From an uncultured Clostridia bacterium (GTDB lineage: Bacteria > Bacillota > Clostridia > Oscillospirales > CAG-272): a stretch of DNA of 48,952 nucleotides. Shown piece by piece: positions 35,944 to 45,494 of this stretch (within the stretch, counting starts at the first letter, position 1; the number at the start of each line of letters is the position of its first letter). Under the pieces are notes generated by a model. The model did not search any database and was not told the origin of the DNA. It saw nothing but the letters and a program-made list of their open reading frames with translations. Where the stretch lies: the NCBI GenBank assembly GCA_904501865.1, contig CAJGCF010000002.1, forward strand, positions 1 through 48,952, in the 5' to 3' direction. Position numbers and translations under genes: made by a program.

Positions 35944-36669
35944 TTATAATGGCTTTTTTAGTATTTGTGAGTATTTCCTTGGAAACCCTTTGGGCGTTGC
36001 ATGGATTTTGCGATAAACAAAAGTTTCTCTCGATATAGACACTTCGCCGTCTGACAGGGAGGCAAGGTGCCTTTCTGATAGTTCGCCCCCCAGCTTTTGT
36101 ATCCCAAGATATGCCTCGGCGTGTTCTTCTTTGCCCGTTGATGACTTCATGGCTATAAACAAGCCTCCTTGCTTTACAAGCGGGATGCACAATTCTGATA
36201 AAATGTTGAGTCTTGCGACGGCCCTGCTGATACAGACGTCAAAACTTTCGCGATTTTTTATTGCAAATTCTTCTGCTCTTGAGCATACTGCGGATACGTT
36301 CTGCAGCTTCAGCAATGAAACGGTGTCTCTGATAAAGCTTATTTTCTTTGCAGTGCTATCAAGACTTGTAACTTTAACGTCATCCCGAAGTATCGCAATA
36401 GGAAAAGAAGGGAATCCTGCGCCGCAACCGACGTCTATGAGGTTTGCGTCGTTAGGAATATGCTTGACAACTGATGCGCAATCTGTAAAATGCTTTAAAA
36501 TGATGTCTTTTTCTTGTGTTATGGCGGTCAAATTAAATGACTTATTGCTTTCCACCAGTATGTCGGAGAATTCATAAAAAAGCCGTATCTTATCCTCGTT
36601 CAACAGTTCTCCGAGCCCGTTTGACTCAAAAATGTTTGAAAATAATTGCTTATATGCTTGATATTCCAT
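35944..36669 (-). CDS. rsmG: 16S rRNA (guanine527-N7)-methyltransferase RsmG (GidB)
   Basis: 241 aa. FNLTAIT...ILKHFTDC...LIDVGCGAGFPSFPIAI (SAM-binding motif)...LVKQGGLFIAMK. It is downstream of mnmG, as in the canonical arrangement. Confidence 0.9.
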   Translation of the reverse strand: MEYQAYKQLFSNIFESNGLGELLNEDKIRLFYEFSDILVESNKSFNLTAITQEKDIILKHFTDCASVVKHIPNDANLIDVGCGAGFPSFPIAILRDDVKVTSLDSTAKKISFIRDTVSLLKLQNVSAVCSRAEEFAIKNRESFDVCISRAVARLNILSELCIPLVKQGGLFIAMKSSTGKEEHAEAYLGIQKLGGELSERHLASLSDGEVSISRETFVYRKIHATPKGFPRKYSQILKKPL

Positions 36670-36679
36670 AAAACCTCTT

Positions 36680-38563
36680 TTATTTTATGCCTAAATATAC
36701 TAATAAAACCGATATGTCTGCGGGGCTTACTCCGCTTATTCTTGATGCTTGTCCAAGGGTGAGGGGCTTGATCTTATCCAGCTTTTGTGCCGCCTCTATT
36801 CTCAATCCTTTGATCGAAAGGTAATCAAGCTCGGGAGAAAGAGGCTTGGTCTCCAATCTTTCTTGCTTTTTTACCTCTGCTAATTGTCTTTTGACGTATC
36901 CCGCGTATTTAATGTTGGTGGTTGCGATGCTCCAAATGAGCTTTGGAAGATTTGGACGAGAGGTGTCTATTTCAGCGATACTTTCATAGTCGAAATCGGG
37001 GCGTCTTAGAAAATCTGCGAGAGAAACTCCTGATTTTGCGGAATCTTTTTGATGTTTTTGAAGAAAAACGGTTGCTGTATCCTTGGAAATGTAAGTCCTT
37101 TCAAGTCTTGCTATTTCCTCGTTAACTGATTCTTGCTTTGACAAAAAATAATTATATTGCTCGTCTTTTACAAGTCCCACCTTGCGGCCGAGCGGTGTCA
37201 AACGGGCATCCGCGTTGTCTTGACGAAGCAAAAGTCTGTATTCCGAGCGAGAGGTCATCATTCTATAAGGCTCATTCGTGCCTTTGGTTGTAAGGTCATC
37301 TATCAACGTGCCTATATAGCTGCTGGACCGTTCAAGTATCAACGGTTCATCACATTTAAGCTTTAGCGCGGCGTTTATTCCCGCTATAAGTCCTTGAGCC
37401 GCAGCCTCCTCATATCCCGATGTTCCATTGAACTGACCTGCCCCGTAAAGACCTGAAATCGCTTTAAATTCAAGGGTTGGATAGAGCTGTGTGGGATCTA
37501 TGCAGTCATATTCTATGGCGTAGGCGTATCTCATTATCTCCGCATGCTCAAATCCGTCAAGTGATTTGAGCATCTGATACTGTACGTCTGTGGGGAGCGA
37601 CGTAGAGAAGCCTTGAATATACATTTCCTCGGTGCTTTCTCCTAACGGCTCGACAAATAGCTGATGTCTTTCCTTGTCCGCAAATCTTACGAGCTTGTCT
37701 TCAATTGATGGACAATAACGCGGTCCTATTCCGTGTATTTGTCCTGAATAAAGAGCAGAACGATGTATATTTTCCCTTATTATTCTGTGAGTTTCGGCGT
37801 TTGTGTAAACTATATGACAAGGGATCTGCTCGCAATTTTCAAAGTCGTCTGGGTTGCTTCTCCAAGAAAAAGGCATGAAGTCGCGTTCGCCCTCTTGTGT
37901 CTCCAATTTTGAGAAATCAATAGAGTTTCTTTTAACTCTTGCGGGAGTTCCCGTCTTAAATCTCATAAGAGATATCCCATTATTTATCAAGGAATTTGAG
38001 AGCCCGTTTGCTTCGATGAGACCGTCGGGCCCTGCCGCGTAATTTACATTTCCTACAAATATTCTGCCATGAAGAAATGTTCCACTACAAATTATAGCGG
38101 CCGAGCAATTCCACACCTCACCAAGCTTGGTTTTGACGCCAATTATCCTTTTATCATAAGGACTTTCCGCGCAATCCTCTGTTATTATATCAGTTATTTC
38201 AACCTGAATTAGACGCAGATTGTCGGCACTTTCTATGACAGATTTCATCACCTGCTGATATTTTTTTCGATCAGCCTGAACTCTCTTGGAGTGGACCGCC
38301 GCGCCCTTGCCGAGATTGAGTGTTCTCGACTGCAAAGTAACAAGGTCAGCAGAGCGACCCATCTCGCCGCCGAGTGCGTCTATTTCGTATACTAGATGGC
38401 CCTTCGCTGTGCCGCCTATCGAGGGATTACACGGCATATTGGCAATGCTGTCAAGAGACATGGTGAAAAGCACGGTGTCTATGCCCATTCTCGCGCACGC
38501 TAGCGCGGCTTCCACTCCGGCGTGCCCTGCGCCTATAACGGCAACTTGTGTTTTAAGCTCCAT
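36680..38563 (-). CDS. mnmG: tRNA uridine 5-carboxymethylaminomethyl modification enzyme MnmG (GidA)
   Basis: 627 aa. [14 protein letters not shown] is the FAD-binding motif. [24 protein letters not shown] and [11 protein letters not shown] are also present. Confidence 0.95.
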   Translation of the reverse strand: MELKTQVAVIGAGHAGVEAALACARMGIDTVLFTMSLDSIANMPCNPSIGGTAKGHLVYEIDALGGEMGRSADLVTLQSRTLNLGKGAAVHSKRVQADRKKYQQVMKSVIESADNLRLIQVEITDIITEDCAESPYDKRIIGVKTKLGEVWNCSAAIICSGTFLHGRIFVGNVNYAAGPDGLIEANGLSNSLINNGISLMRFKTGTPARVKRNSIDFSKLETQEGERDFMPFSWRSNPDDFENCEQIPCHIVYTNAETHRIIRENIHRSALYSGQIHGIGPRYCPSIEDKLVRFADKERHQLFVEPLGESTEEMYIQGFSTSLPTDVQYQMLKSLDGFEHAEIMRYAYAIEYDCIDPTQLYPTLEFKAISGLYGAGQFNGTSGYEEAAAQGLIAGINAALKLKCDEPLILERSSSYIGTLIDDLTTKGTNEPYRMMTSRSEYRLLLRQDNADARLTPLGRKVGLVKDEQYNYFLSKQESVNEEIARLERTYISKDTATVFLQKHQKDSAKSGVSLADFLRRPDFDYESIAEIDTSRPNLPKLIWSIATTNIKYAGYVKRQLAEVKKQERLETKPLSPELDYLSIKGLRIEAAQKLDKIKPLTLGQASRISGVSPADISVLLVYLGIK

Positions 38564-39804
38564 TAATCCACCTTTGAAAGATATTCTTTCTGTTCTTCTG
38601 TAAGACGATCTATATTTACGTTCATGGTTTTGAGCTTGAGCTCTGCTACCGCATTGTCGATTTCTTCTGGAACTGCATAAAGCTTCTTTTCAAGCTTCCC
38701 CTTATTTTTAGCAAGGAATTCAAGGGATTTTGCCTGAATGGCAAAGCTCATATCCATTATCTCGGCAGGGTGTCCGTTGCCTGCGGCGAGGTTTACAAGA
38801 CGTCCCTCTGCGAGAAGATTGATTATTCTGCCGTCTGCCATTTTATATCCCTTAATATTGGGTTTTCTATAGAACATTTGTGCTGAAAGAGTCTCCAGAT
38901 CCTGCTTGTTTATCTCCACATCAAAGTGTCCGCTGTTGGCGAGAAGTACTCCGTCCTTCATCTTCTCGATATGCTTTGCGGTTATGACGTCAGAACAACC
39001 TGTAAGAGTTACGAAAAGATCGCCCAGGGGAGCTGCCTCGTCCATAGTCATAACGGAGAACCCGTCCATTACTGCCTCGATAGCCTTTATGGGATCTATT
39101 TCAGTGACGATAACTATAGCGCCCATGCCCTTTGCTCGCATGGCAAGGCCCTTACCGCACCAACCGTATCCCGCAACGACCACAGTCTTTCCCGCTATTA
39201 TAAGATTGGTGGAATTCATTATTCCATCCAGAGTGGATTGTCCTGTGCCATATCTATTATCGAACAAATGTTTGCAATTTGCGTCATTTACGTCTATCAT
39301 AGTATAGTCAAGCTTACCGGCTGCCTGACGAGAGATGAGTCTGTGAACTCCGGTGGTCGTCTCCTCGCAACCGCCGATAAGGTTTTTGCCGTATTCTCGG
39401 TATTCTCCGTGGAGAAGCGCCATCAGATCTCCTCCATCGTCGATAAGGATATCGGGACAAAATGAGATTGTGTTTACGAGGTCGTTTTTATATCCCTCAT
39501 CGTCTGTACCGTGTACCGCATTGACCTCAAAGCCTTCGTGCACAAGGGCTGCAGCAACGTCGTCCTGAGTTGATAAGGGATTGCAACCCGTAACTCTGAC
39601 CTCTGCTCCTCCTGCTCTTAACACCTTGGCGAGATTTGCTGTTTTTGCCTCGAGATGTATGGACATTGATATTTTCATTCCCGCGAAGGGCTGATTTTTA
39701 GTGAACTCCTGCTCTATCGCGGAGAGTAGTGGCATATAAGAGCGCACCCATTCTATTTTGTCTCTTCCCGATTGCCACAGGGAAGCATCCTTGATGTTGC
39801 TCAT
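38563..39804 (-). CDS. ahcY: Adenosylhomocysteinase
   Basis: I prefer the ATG at 39804 ([27 protein letters not shown]), which has a [38 protein letters not shown] and [12 protein letters not shown] (NAD-binding) motifs are present. Its stop overlaps the mnmG start (TAATG). Confidence 0.9.
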   Translation of the reverse strand: MSNIKDASLWQSGRDKIEWVRSYMPLLSAIEQEFTKNQPFAGMKISMSIHLEAKTANLAKVLRAGGAEVRVTGCNPLSTQDDVAAALVHEGFEVNAVHGTDDEGYKNDLVNTISFCPDILIDDGGDLMALLHGEYREYGKNLIGGCEETTTGVHRLISRQAAGKLDYTMIDVNDANCKHLFDNRYGTGQSTLDGIMNSTNLIIAGKTVVVAGYGWCGKGLAMRAKGMGAIVIVTEIDPIKAIEAVMDGFSVMTMDEAAPLGDLFVTLTGCSDVITAKHIEKMKDGVLLANSGHFDVEINKQDLETLSAQMFYRKPNIKGYKMADGRIINLLAEGRLVNLAAGNGHPAEIMDMSFAIQAKSLEFLAKNKGKLEKKLYAVPEEIDNAVAELKLKTMNVNIDRLTEEQKEYLSKVD

Positions 39805-39825
39805 ATTCAAATATTCCTTTCCTTC

Positions 39826-39843
39826 TCCGACTGTACAGTCGGA
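39826..39843. promoter_or_regulatory. Perfect 18-bp palindrome in the ahcY 5' leader (operator or RNA hairpin)
   Basis: TCCGACTGTACAGTCGGA lies between the predicted -10 and the RBS of ahcY. Confidence 0.4.
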
Positions 39844-39864
39844 AAGCATATTTCTACAAATACT

Positions 39865-39893
39865 ATTTTAGCAGAGAATGCTAATTTCGTCAA
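39865..39893 (-). promoter_or_regulatory. Sigma-A type promoter for ahcY-mnmG-rsmG
   Basis: On the minus strand: TTGACG (39893-39888), a 17-nt spacer, then TAAAAT (39870-39865). Confidence 0.55.
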
Positions 39894-40001
39894 GAGCTTT
39901 ACACGAATTGCGAAAAAACACAAAAAAATCACTAAAAAATCAAATGCTTTAGGTGTCGAGAAGACACACGTTCATAGAACGTTTACAAATATGTGTTAAA
40001 C

Positions 40002-40007
40002 TATAAT
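40002..40007 (+). promoter_or_regulatory. Candidate -10 element for the ABC/GldG/DUF4340 operon
   Basis: TATAAT at 40002-40007. Only a poor -35 is available at 16-18 nt spacing; TTTACA lies 14 nt upstream, which is too close. The leader would be about 100 nt. Confidence 0.35.
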
Positions 40008-40113
40008 GTATTAACTTATACAATGGACGGAATAGGCAGGGATTTGTCTGTTCCTTTGGAGTATCTTATCTCTTAATTTGTTGTGCTGAGGCATAGGGAA
40101 TGTGAGGAATAAA

Positions 40114-41202
40114 ATGATCAAGATAGAGCATCTTACCAAAAATTACGGCTCAAATTGTGCCGTGGACGATATCAGCTTTGAGATCGGTGCGGGCGAAACG
40201 GTGGGACTTCTCGGTCCTAACGGTGCGGGCAAGAGCACGACTATGAATATTCTTACGGGATATCTGTCGGCTTCGGCAGGAAGAGTGTCAGTCGACGGAA
40301 TAGATATAATGAATGATCCTATAGGTGCGAAAAGGCTTATAGGATATCTTCCCGAGCAGCCTCCCGTGTATCAGGATATGACGGTAGATGAATATCTGAA
40401 CTTCAATTATGACCTCAAGGGCTGTACCTTTGACAGAAAACAGCATCTTGCCGAAATATGCGAGGTGGTGAGAATAACTGACGTGCGCAAAAGACTTATC
40501 CGCAATCTCTCGAAGGGATATAAGCAGAGAGTGGGAGTTGCGCAGGCTCTTATAGGAAATCCACCTGTTATAATATTCGACGAGCCCACGGTCGGTCTTG
40601 ATCCTAAGCAGATCATAGAGATTAGAAATCTTATAAGAACGCTTGGAAAAAATCATACGGTGGTGCTATCCACTCACATACTGCAAGAGGTGCAGGCTGT
40701 CTGTGACAGAATAATCATTATAAACAAGGGAAAGATCGTTGCGGACGAGAAGACCGAAAATATTACCAGGGCAGTGGAGAGCAATCATCGCTTCAATGTT
40801 AAGATATGCGGAGCGTCAAGGGACGTTTTAAACGTTATCAAGAATATTCCCGGTGTTGTATTCGCGGAGCTCCTTCCTCAAAAGGACGGAGACGCAAATT
40901 GCTACGTTATTGAGACTGAAAACGGACTGGACATAAGAAAAAAGCTGTTCTTTACTCTTGCCGAAAGAGGATATGCTATGGTGGGGCTTGAGGCTTTGGG
41001 AATGAGCCTTGAGGACATATTTATAAGTGTGGTGGATAAGACCGAGCAGGCAAAATCTGCTCAAGGATCCAAATACGAAAGAGGCGCGGCGAAAAAACAT
41101 GTTGCGCGTACACGTACCACCCTTGAGTCCGACGTTGCCGATACGCTTGTAAAGGATGCCGAAAAGCGCAGAGAGGATGCGCCCGATGAGCCCGAAGATT
41201 GA
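40114..41202 (+). CDS. ABC transporter ATP-binding protein (ABC-2/GldA-like, with a charged C-terminal tail)
   Basis: ATG at 40114 with a GAGGAA RBS. Walker A is GPNGAGKST, the signature is LSKGYKQR and Walker B is IIFDEPTVGLD. A DUF4162-like C-domain follows, and then a roughly 55-aa Lys/Glu/Asp/Ala-rich tail. Confidence 0.9.
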   Translation: MIKIEHLTKNYGSNCAVDDISFEIGAGETVGLLGPNGAGKSTTMNILTGYLSASAGRVSVDGIDIMNDPIGAKRLIGYLPEQPPVYQDMTVDEYLNFNYDLKGCTFDRKQHLAEICEVVRITDVRKRLIRNLSKGYKQRVGVAQALIGNPPVIIFDEPTVGLDPKQIIEIRNLIRTLGKNHTVVLSTHILQEVQAVCDRIIIINKGKIVADEKTENITRAVESNHRFNVKICGASRDVLNVIKNIPGVVFAELLPQKDGDANCYVIETENGLDIRKKLFFTLAERGYAMVGLEALGMSLEDIFISVVDKTEQAKSAQGSKYERGAAKKHVARTRTTLESDVADTLVKDAEKRREDAPDEPED

Positions 41203-41239
41203 CGGCTCGCAAAAATGTTTTTGAAAGGACATAGACAAG

Positions 41240-41986
41240 ATGTTCGCTATTTATAAAAAAGAAATGCGCTCGTATTTCACAAATCCCATAGGCTACGTTT
41301 TTTGTGGGATATTTCTTGCCTTTTCGGCAATTCTTTGCTGCTATACGACGATATTGTCAAAAAGTTATGATACGTCGGCGTATTTTACGCTTATGATATT
41401 TGCCCTCGTAATACTTATACCGCTCCTTACCATGAGGCTTTTCTCAGAAGAGAAAAAAATGCGTACCGAGCAGCTATTACTTACGGCTCCCGTTACTCTT
41501 ACCGGAATGGTTATGGGTAAGTTTTGCGCGGCGTTCAGCCTTTTCTTTAGTTGCGTGGCAGTTTCTTGCATAAATCTCATACCGCTTTACGTTATCGCGG
41601 CGGCAGAAAGAGGCAATATGGCGTATGATACCACCTACGTAGGCCCCGCCACCGCGGAAATAATCGGCTGTATGATTGGTATGGTATTTATAGGCGCGGC
41701 ATTTATAGCCATTGGAACCTTTATTTCTTCGTTTGCCGAAAATCAGCTTGCCGCAGCTATAACTACTATGGCAGTTATGGTTGCGCTTACGGGAATCGGT
41801 ATTATCAGCAACTTTATAAACGTTTATTGGATAAGAGTGGTGATAAGCTGGATATCCGTGGTTGACAGATTTGAAAACTTCAGTCAGGGTATCTTTGATA
41901 TCTCCGCGATAGTGTATTTTGTATCACTTGCGTTTCTGTTCATTTTCCTTACGGTGCGAGTTTACGAAAAGCGCCGTTGGAGTTGA
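41240..41986 (+). CDS. ABC-2 type permease (GldF-like)
   Basis: 248 aa. The N-terminus MFAIYKKEMRSYFTNPIGYVFCGIFLAF is typical of ABC-2/GldF-like permeases. There are about 6 hydrophobic helices. Confidence 0.8.
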   Translation: MFAIYKKEMRSYFTNPIGYVFCGIFLAFSAILCCYTTILSKSYDTSAYFTLMIFALVILIPLLTMRLFSEEKKMRTEQLLLTAPVTLTGMVMGKFCAAFSLFFSCVAVSCINLIPLYVIAAAERGNMAYDTTYVGPATAEIIGCMIGMVFIGAAFIAIGTFISSFAENQLAAAITTMAVMVALTGIGIISNFINVYWIRVVISWISVVDRFENFSQGIFDISAIVYFVSLAFLFIFLTVRVYEKRRWS

Positions 41987-42116
41987 TTCCTTTATTTAGG
42001 TAGCGTGGAAAAGTCTTTCATAGTATGTAAATGAATCTTTTCACGCGCGAATTTTGTCGAGGGGCAGGATTCGTCAACAACATCTGTGTCGCCATGGGCG
42101 GCGGAATGGAGATAGA

Positions 42117-43676
42117 ATGAACAAAAAAGTAAGAAAACGAAGACTTAAATACGGCGGCGTATCGGTTTTGCTGTCAGTTCTGGTCATATCCGCGGTCGTT
42201 ATATTAAACGTGATAGTGGGCGCGCTTGCTATGAGATATGAGTGGATGTACAGAGATATGTCTGTGTCCGCCGTGTACTCAATAAGTGATAATTGCCGCG
42301 AATATCTTGAGGATTTTGTTATTTCAAGGGTGAATGACGTCAACTTGACTCGCCCCGAGAGCGAGAGACAAAAAATAAAGCTCATATTTTGCGATGAGCA
42401 GAAGAATATAGAGCAAAACAACTCCTGGAAGCACGTTTACGATTCTATATATGAGGTCGTGGAAATGTTTCCCAATCACATTGAAACAGAGTATCTTAAT
42501 ATATGGGAGAATCCTTCTGTCGCGAGGACTTACGGAGTCTCCTCGGTTTACGACGTGGTCTGCATATTTGGCGACAGACACGAGACTATGAACGTTGCGG
42601 ATTTTTACGTTTACGGCGGTGACGATGCGTCAACCCCTACGGCGTATAACGGTGAAAAGATAATTGCGTCCTGCCTTATGAGAATAACGCAGGATAGAAC
42701 ACCTATGTGTTATTTTACAGCGAATCACGGCGAGGATTTCAGCGATTATGAGTTGATAAGAGCCGTGGTGGAGTCGGGATATACTGTTGGATTTCTGGAT
42801 CTTGCGACAGAGGATATTCCCTCGGATTGTGAGCTTTTGATAACGTTTGATCCAAAGCAGGATTTCCAAATATCTGATTCTAATTCCAGTGTATCGGAGA
42901 TAACAAAGCTTGAGAAATATATGAGCTCGGGCGGAAGATATATGGTGTTCGTGTCCGCCGACACGTTTGCCTCGGGTCCTCGCGAGAATTTTGAGAGCTT
43001 TCTTGCCGATTGGGGTGTGAGCTATATGCATTCGGCGGCCGACGATGGCGTAGAGAACTGCTACACCGTAAGAGATCTTGCGAATTCCTTGACGGTAGAC
43101 GGATATACTGTTTTGTCTCAAAAAGCCGATAAGGGAACAGGGGCGGAGACGGTGAGCGATGTTACTCGTCCGTGTGCTTTTGGAAATTCTACGTGTATAG
43201 CCTTTTCTGAATCATTTGAGGACGACGGCAACGGCACCCTTTTGTGTGAGGTGAACGGACAGAAAAGGACGGTGTCCGCTGTGTTCACTTCTCATATAGG
43301 AGCGGTGGCGTGGTCGGGCGGTCGAGCGGTAGCGAGAGCTGACAGTGAGCCATTTGTTTTGATGTCCCTGTCCGAGCAAGAGTGTGAGAATGGCGATACG
43401 GCGTATCTTTTTGCTTCAGCATCAACAGAAATGGTCAAGGGAGACCTTATGCGCTCTGCCGCGCTTGGAAATAATAGCGCGATATCCGAAGCTATAAGAG
43501 CTATGGGCAAGAAAAATACACCGTCGGGACTTGCTATGAAGCAGTTTGAGGGCGATAGGATAGAGAGCCTTACCACGTCGCTGGCAAACAGTATCACCGT
43601 GGCACTGGTCGTAGCCCCGATAGTTATAGTGAGCGTAATTGGAATAGTAGTGCTCGTCAGAAGAAAAAATTCATAA
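42117..43676 (+). CDS. GldG-like ABC-transporter auxiliary protein, paralog 1
   Basis: ATG at 42117 with GGAG 7 nt upstream. After the basic start KKVRKRRLKY comes TM helix GGVSVLLSVLVISAVVILNVIVGALA. A roughly 450-aa exoplasmic domain follows, beginning ...VYSISDNCREYLEDF like the GldG motif DLT..YTLS..T. The C-terminal TM is ITVALVVAPIVIVSVIGIVVLVRRK. Confidence 0.7.
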   Translation: MNKKVRKRRLKYGGVSVLLSVLVISAVVILNVIVGALAMRYEWMYRDMSVSAVYSISDNCREYLEDFVISRVNDVNLTRPESERQKIKLIFCDEQKNIEQNNSWKHVYDSIYEVVEMFPNHIETEYLNIWENPSVARTYGVSSVYDVVCIFGDRHETMNVADFYVYGGDDASTPTAYNGEKIIASCLMRITQDRTPMCYFTANHGEDFSDYELIRAVVESGYTVGFLDLATEDIPSDCELLITFDPKQDFQISDSNSSVSEITKLEKYMSSGGRYMVFVSADTFASGPRENFESFLADWGVSYMHSAADDGVENCYTVRDLANSLTVDGYTVLSQKADKGTGAETVSDVTRPCAFGNSTCIAFSESFEDDGNGTLLCEVNGQKRTVSAVFTSHIGAVAWSGGRAVARADSEPFVLMSLSEQECENGDTAYLFASASTEMVKGDLMRSAALGNNSAISEAIRAMGKKNTPSGLAMKQFEGDRIESLTTSLANSITVALVVAPIVIVSVIGIVVLVRRKNS

Positions 43677-43712
43677 TTATGATTGATACGTATAAGAAAG
43701 GAGGTAAATGAG

Positions 43713-45446
43713 GTGAAAGATAATGAAAAAAAATATACATCAAACGGCATTCCGCACGCCGAGAGCACTTTTAAAAGAAGCTCGAAGGCAATAACTGTTA
43801 TTACTTTGGCGGTAGTTGTTGCGGTGATTGTTCTCAACCTTATTATCTCCGCTATCGGAGACGTCAACTTGTGGTACGTAGATATGAGCAGCCCTAAATA
43901 CAAGGACGAGGTGTCTTCACTATATACCGTTTCCGATGTATTAAAGTCGCTCCTTGACTCGCAGGTGATTCCAAAGATAAATGAGATCAATGGGGATCGA
44001 GAAAAGACGGGTGAGGATCCTATCAAGCTTGAGATCGTATTCTGTGCGGATCGCGATGATATCGAGAGCGATGGACTAATGCGATATATAAGCTATACGG
44101 CGCGTGGGATAAAGAAGCTGTATCCGGATCTTGTGGAAGTAAAATACGTAAATATAACAAGAGACCCGTCCGCAGTCCAGAAATACAAGACTACGTCCGC
44201 CGCAAGCATTTATAGCTCCGACGTTATATTGGAATTTGGCACGGAGTATATTATCAGGAACGTTTCCTCGTTTTTTTATACGGATTCCACAGCGGACGAG
44301 CCCTGGGCATATAACGGAGAGCAAAGACTTGCGTCTATGATGCTTTCCGTAACTCGCGCGGAATCTCCCATATGTGCTATTACCAACAATCACGGTGAGA
44401 GCTTATTTGATTCTCACGGCAAGGTCAAGCAGGAATATTCTGAATTTATAAAGCTCATAGATGCCGCGGGCTACGATATTGAGTTTTTGGATCTTGAAAA
44501 GCAGGACATACCCGAGAATTGCCGAATGATGATCACCTTTGATCCCTCTGAGGATTTCAAGGCTTACGGCGACCTTGGTGAAAATAACGTTTCCGAAATA
44601 GAAAAGCTCGACAAGTACATTGATGCTTCAAACGCGTTTTTCTATATCTGCGGCAGAAATACCCCTGTGCTAAAAAATCTTGAGGAGTATTTGACAGAGT
44701 GGGGAATTACGGTCGCGAGAGCAAGTGATGAGGACGATGAATATGAAAATTATGCTTTGAGAGACCTCGTTAATTGCACGGATTCGGGTGACGTTATAGT
44801 TGGCAATTACGCAGTTGAGGGAATTGGAGCTACTCTTACCAAGGATATGAGAAATCAGGCATATCCCGCAAAGGTCATATTCGAAGACTCAACGGCGATA
44901 GTTCCCGCGCAGAATTACGTCAAAATATACGTTGACGAGAGCGCTGAAAGCGGAAATTCGGCTTATGCCTACTACAGCTACTACAGAAACGGAATTATGA
45001 GGAGTATGCTCGACGTGTTCACGTCTTATCCTACCGCCTTTGCCGAGATAGACGGACATACGTACGAGGTGGCGACCCAACAAAGCAGCTTCAAATTAAT
45101 GACGATAACACAGGAGAGCCGAGAGGTTCAGGAGAGCAATTACAACGTTGTAAGTCAGTCATCCTACGTGTTGGCATTGGCGTCCACGGATTTCCTTAAA
45201 AACGACGTTTTGAGTGCTTCTGCTTACGGCAACGCTGACGTTCTACTGTCCGCACTCAGAAACGTAAGCGGAGAGGCAGTCCCCGCCAACGTAAGTCTCA
45301 AAACTCTTTACGAGTATGAGATAGAGAATACCGCTGCGCATGAAACGGTTGACGTGAAGGCTTGGTCATCCTGGTTGACAATAGCGCCATTGGCGATATC
45401 CCTTGCGGTGGGAGTAGTAGTAACGGTGCGCAGAAAATACAGATAA
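43713..45446 (+). CDS. GldG-like ABC-transporter auxiliary protein, paralog 2
   Basis: Same architecture as paralog 1: N-terminal TM ITVITLAVVVAVIVLNLIISAIG, then LYTVSDVLKSLL, then C-terminal TM WLTIAPLAISLAVGVVVTVRRK. Shared blocks include AYNGE(K/Q), C(Y/A)(F/I)T.NHGE, GY...FLDL and DIP..C..(L/M)ITFDP. I prefer the GTG at 43713 (AAAGGAGG 8 nt upstream); the ORF track starts at the TTG at 43683. Confidence 0.7.
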   Translation: MKDNEKKYTSNGIPHAESTFKRSSKAITVITLAVVVAVIVLNLIISAIGDVNLWYVDMSSPKYKDEVSSLYTVSDVLKSLLDSQVIPKINEINGDREKTGEDPIKLEIVFCADRDDIESDGLMRYISYTARGIKKLYPDLVEVKYVNITRDPSAVQKYKTTSAASIYSSDVILEFGTEYIIRNVSSFFYTDSTADEPWAYNGEQRLASMMLSVTRAESPICAITNNHGESLFDSHGKVKQEYSEFIKLIDAAGYDIEFLDLEKQDIPENCRMMITFDPSEDFKAYGDLGENNVSEIEKLDKYIDASNAFFYICGRNTPVLKNLEEYLTEWGITVARASDEDDEYENYALRDLVNCTDSGDVIVGNYAVEGIGATLTKDMRNQAYPAKVIFEDSTAIVPAQNYVKIYVDESAESGNSAYAYYSYYRNGIMRSMLDVFTSYPTAFAEIDGHTYEVATQQSSFKLMTITQESREVQESNYNVVSQSSYVLALASTDFLKNDVLSASAYGNADVLLSALRNVSGEAVPANVSLKTLYEYEIENTAAHETVDVKAWSSWLTIAPLAISLAVGVVVTVRRKYR

Positions 45447-45494
45447 TTATAAACTGACCTTAAAAGGTCGTGATAAAAACAAAGGACACACTAT

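Noticed and set aside
35813-36190. 125-aa minus-strand ORF spanning the parS cluster and the 3' end of rsmG
   Set aside because: It overlaps rsmG in another frame and runs through the rsmG terminator and three parS palindromes. It has no RBS and an odd, Arg-rich composition. I treat it as a shadow ORF.
41987-42116. 130-nt gap inside the ABC operon with an imperfect hairpin (GTGGAAAAG...CTTTTCAC), considered as an internal terminator or riboswitch
   Set aside because: The stem is bulged with a 23-nt loop and has no following U-tract. I recognise no conserved riboswitch core. It may contain an internal promoter, but I cannot support that from sequence alone.
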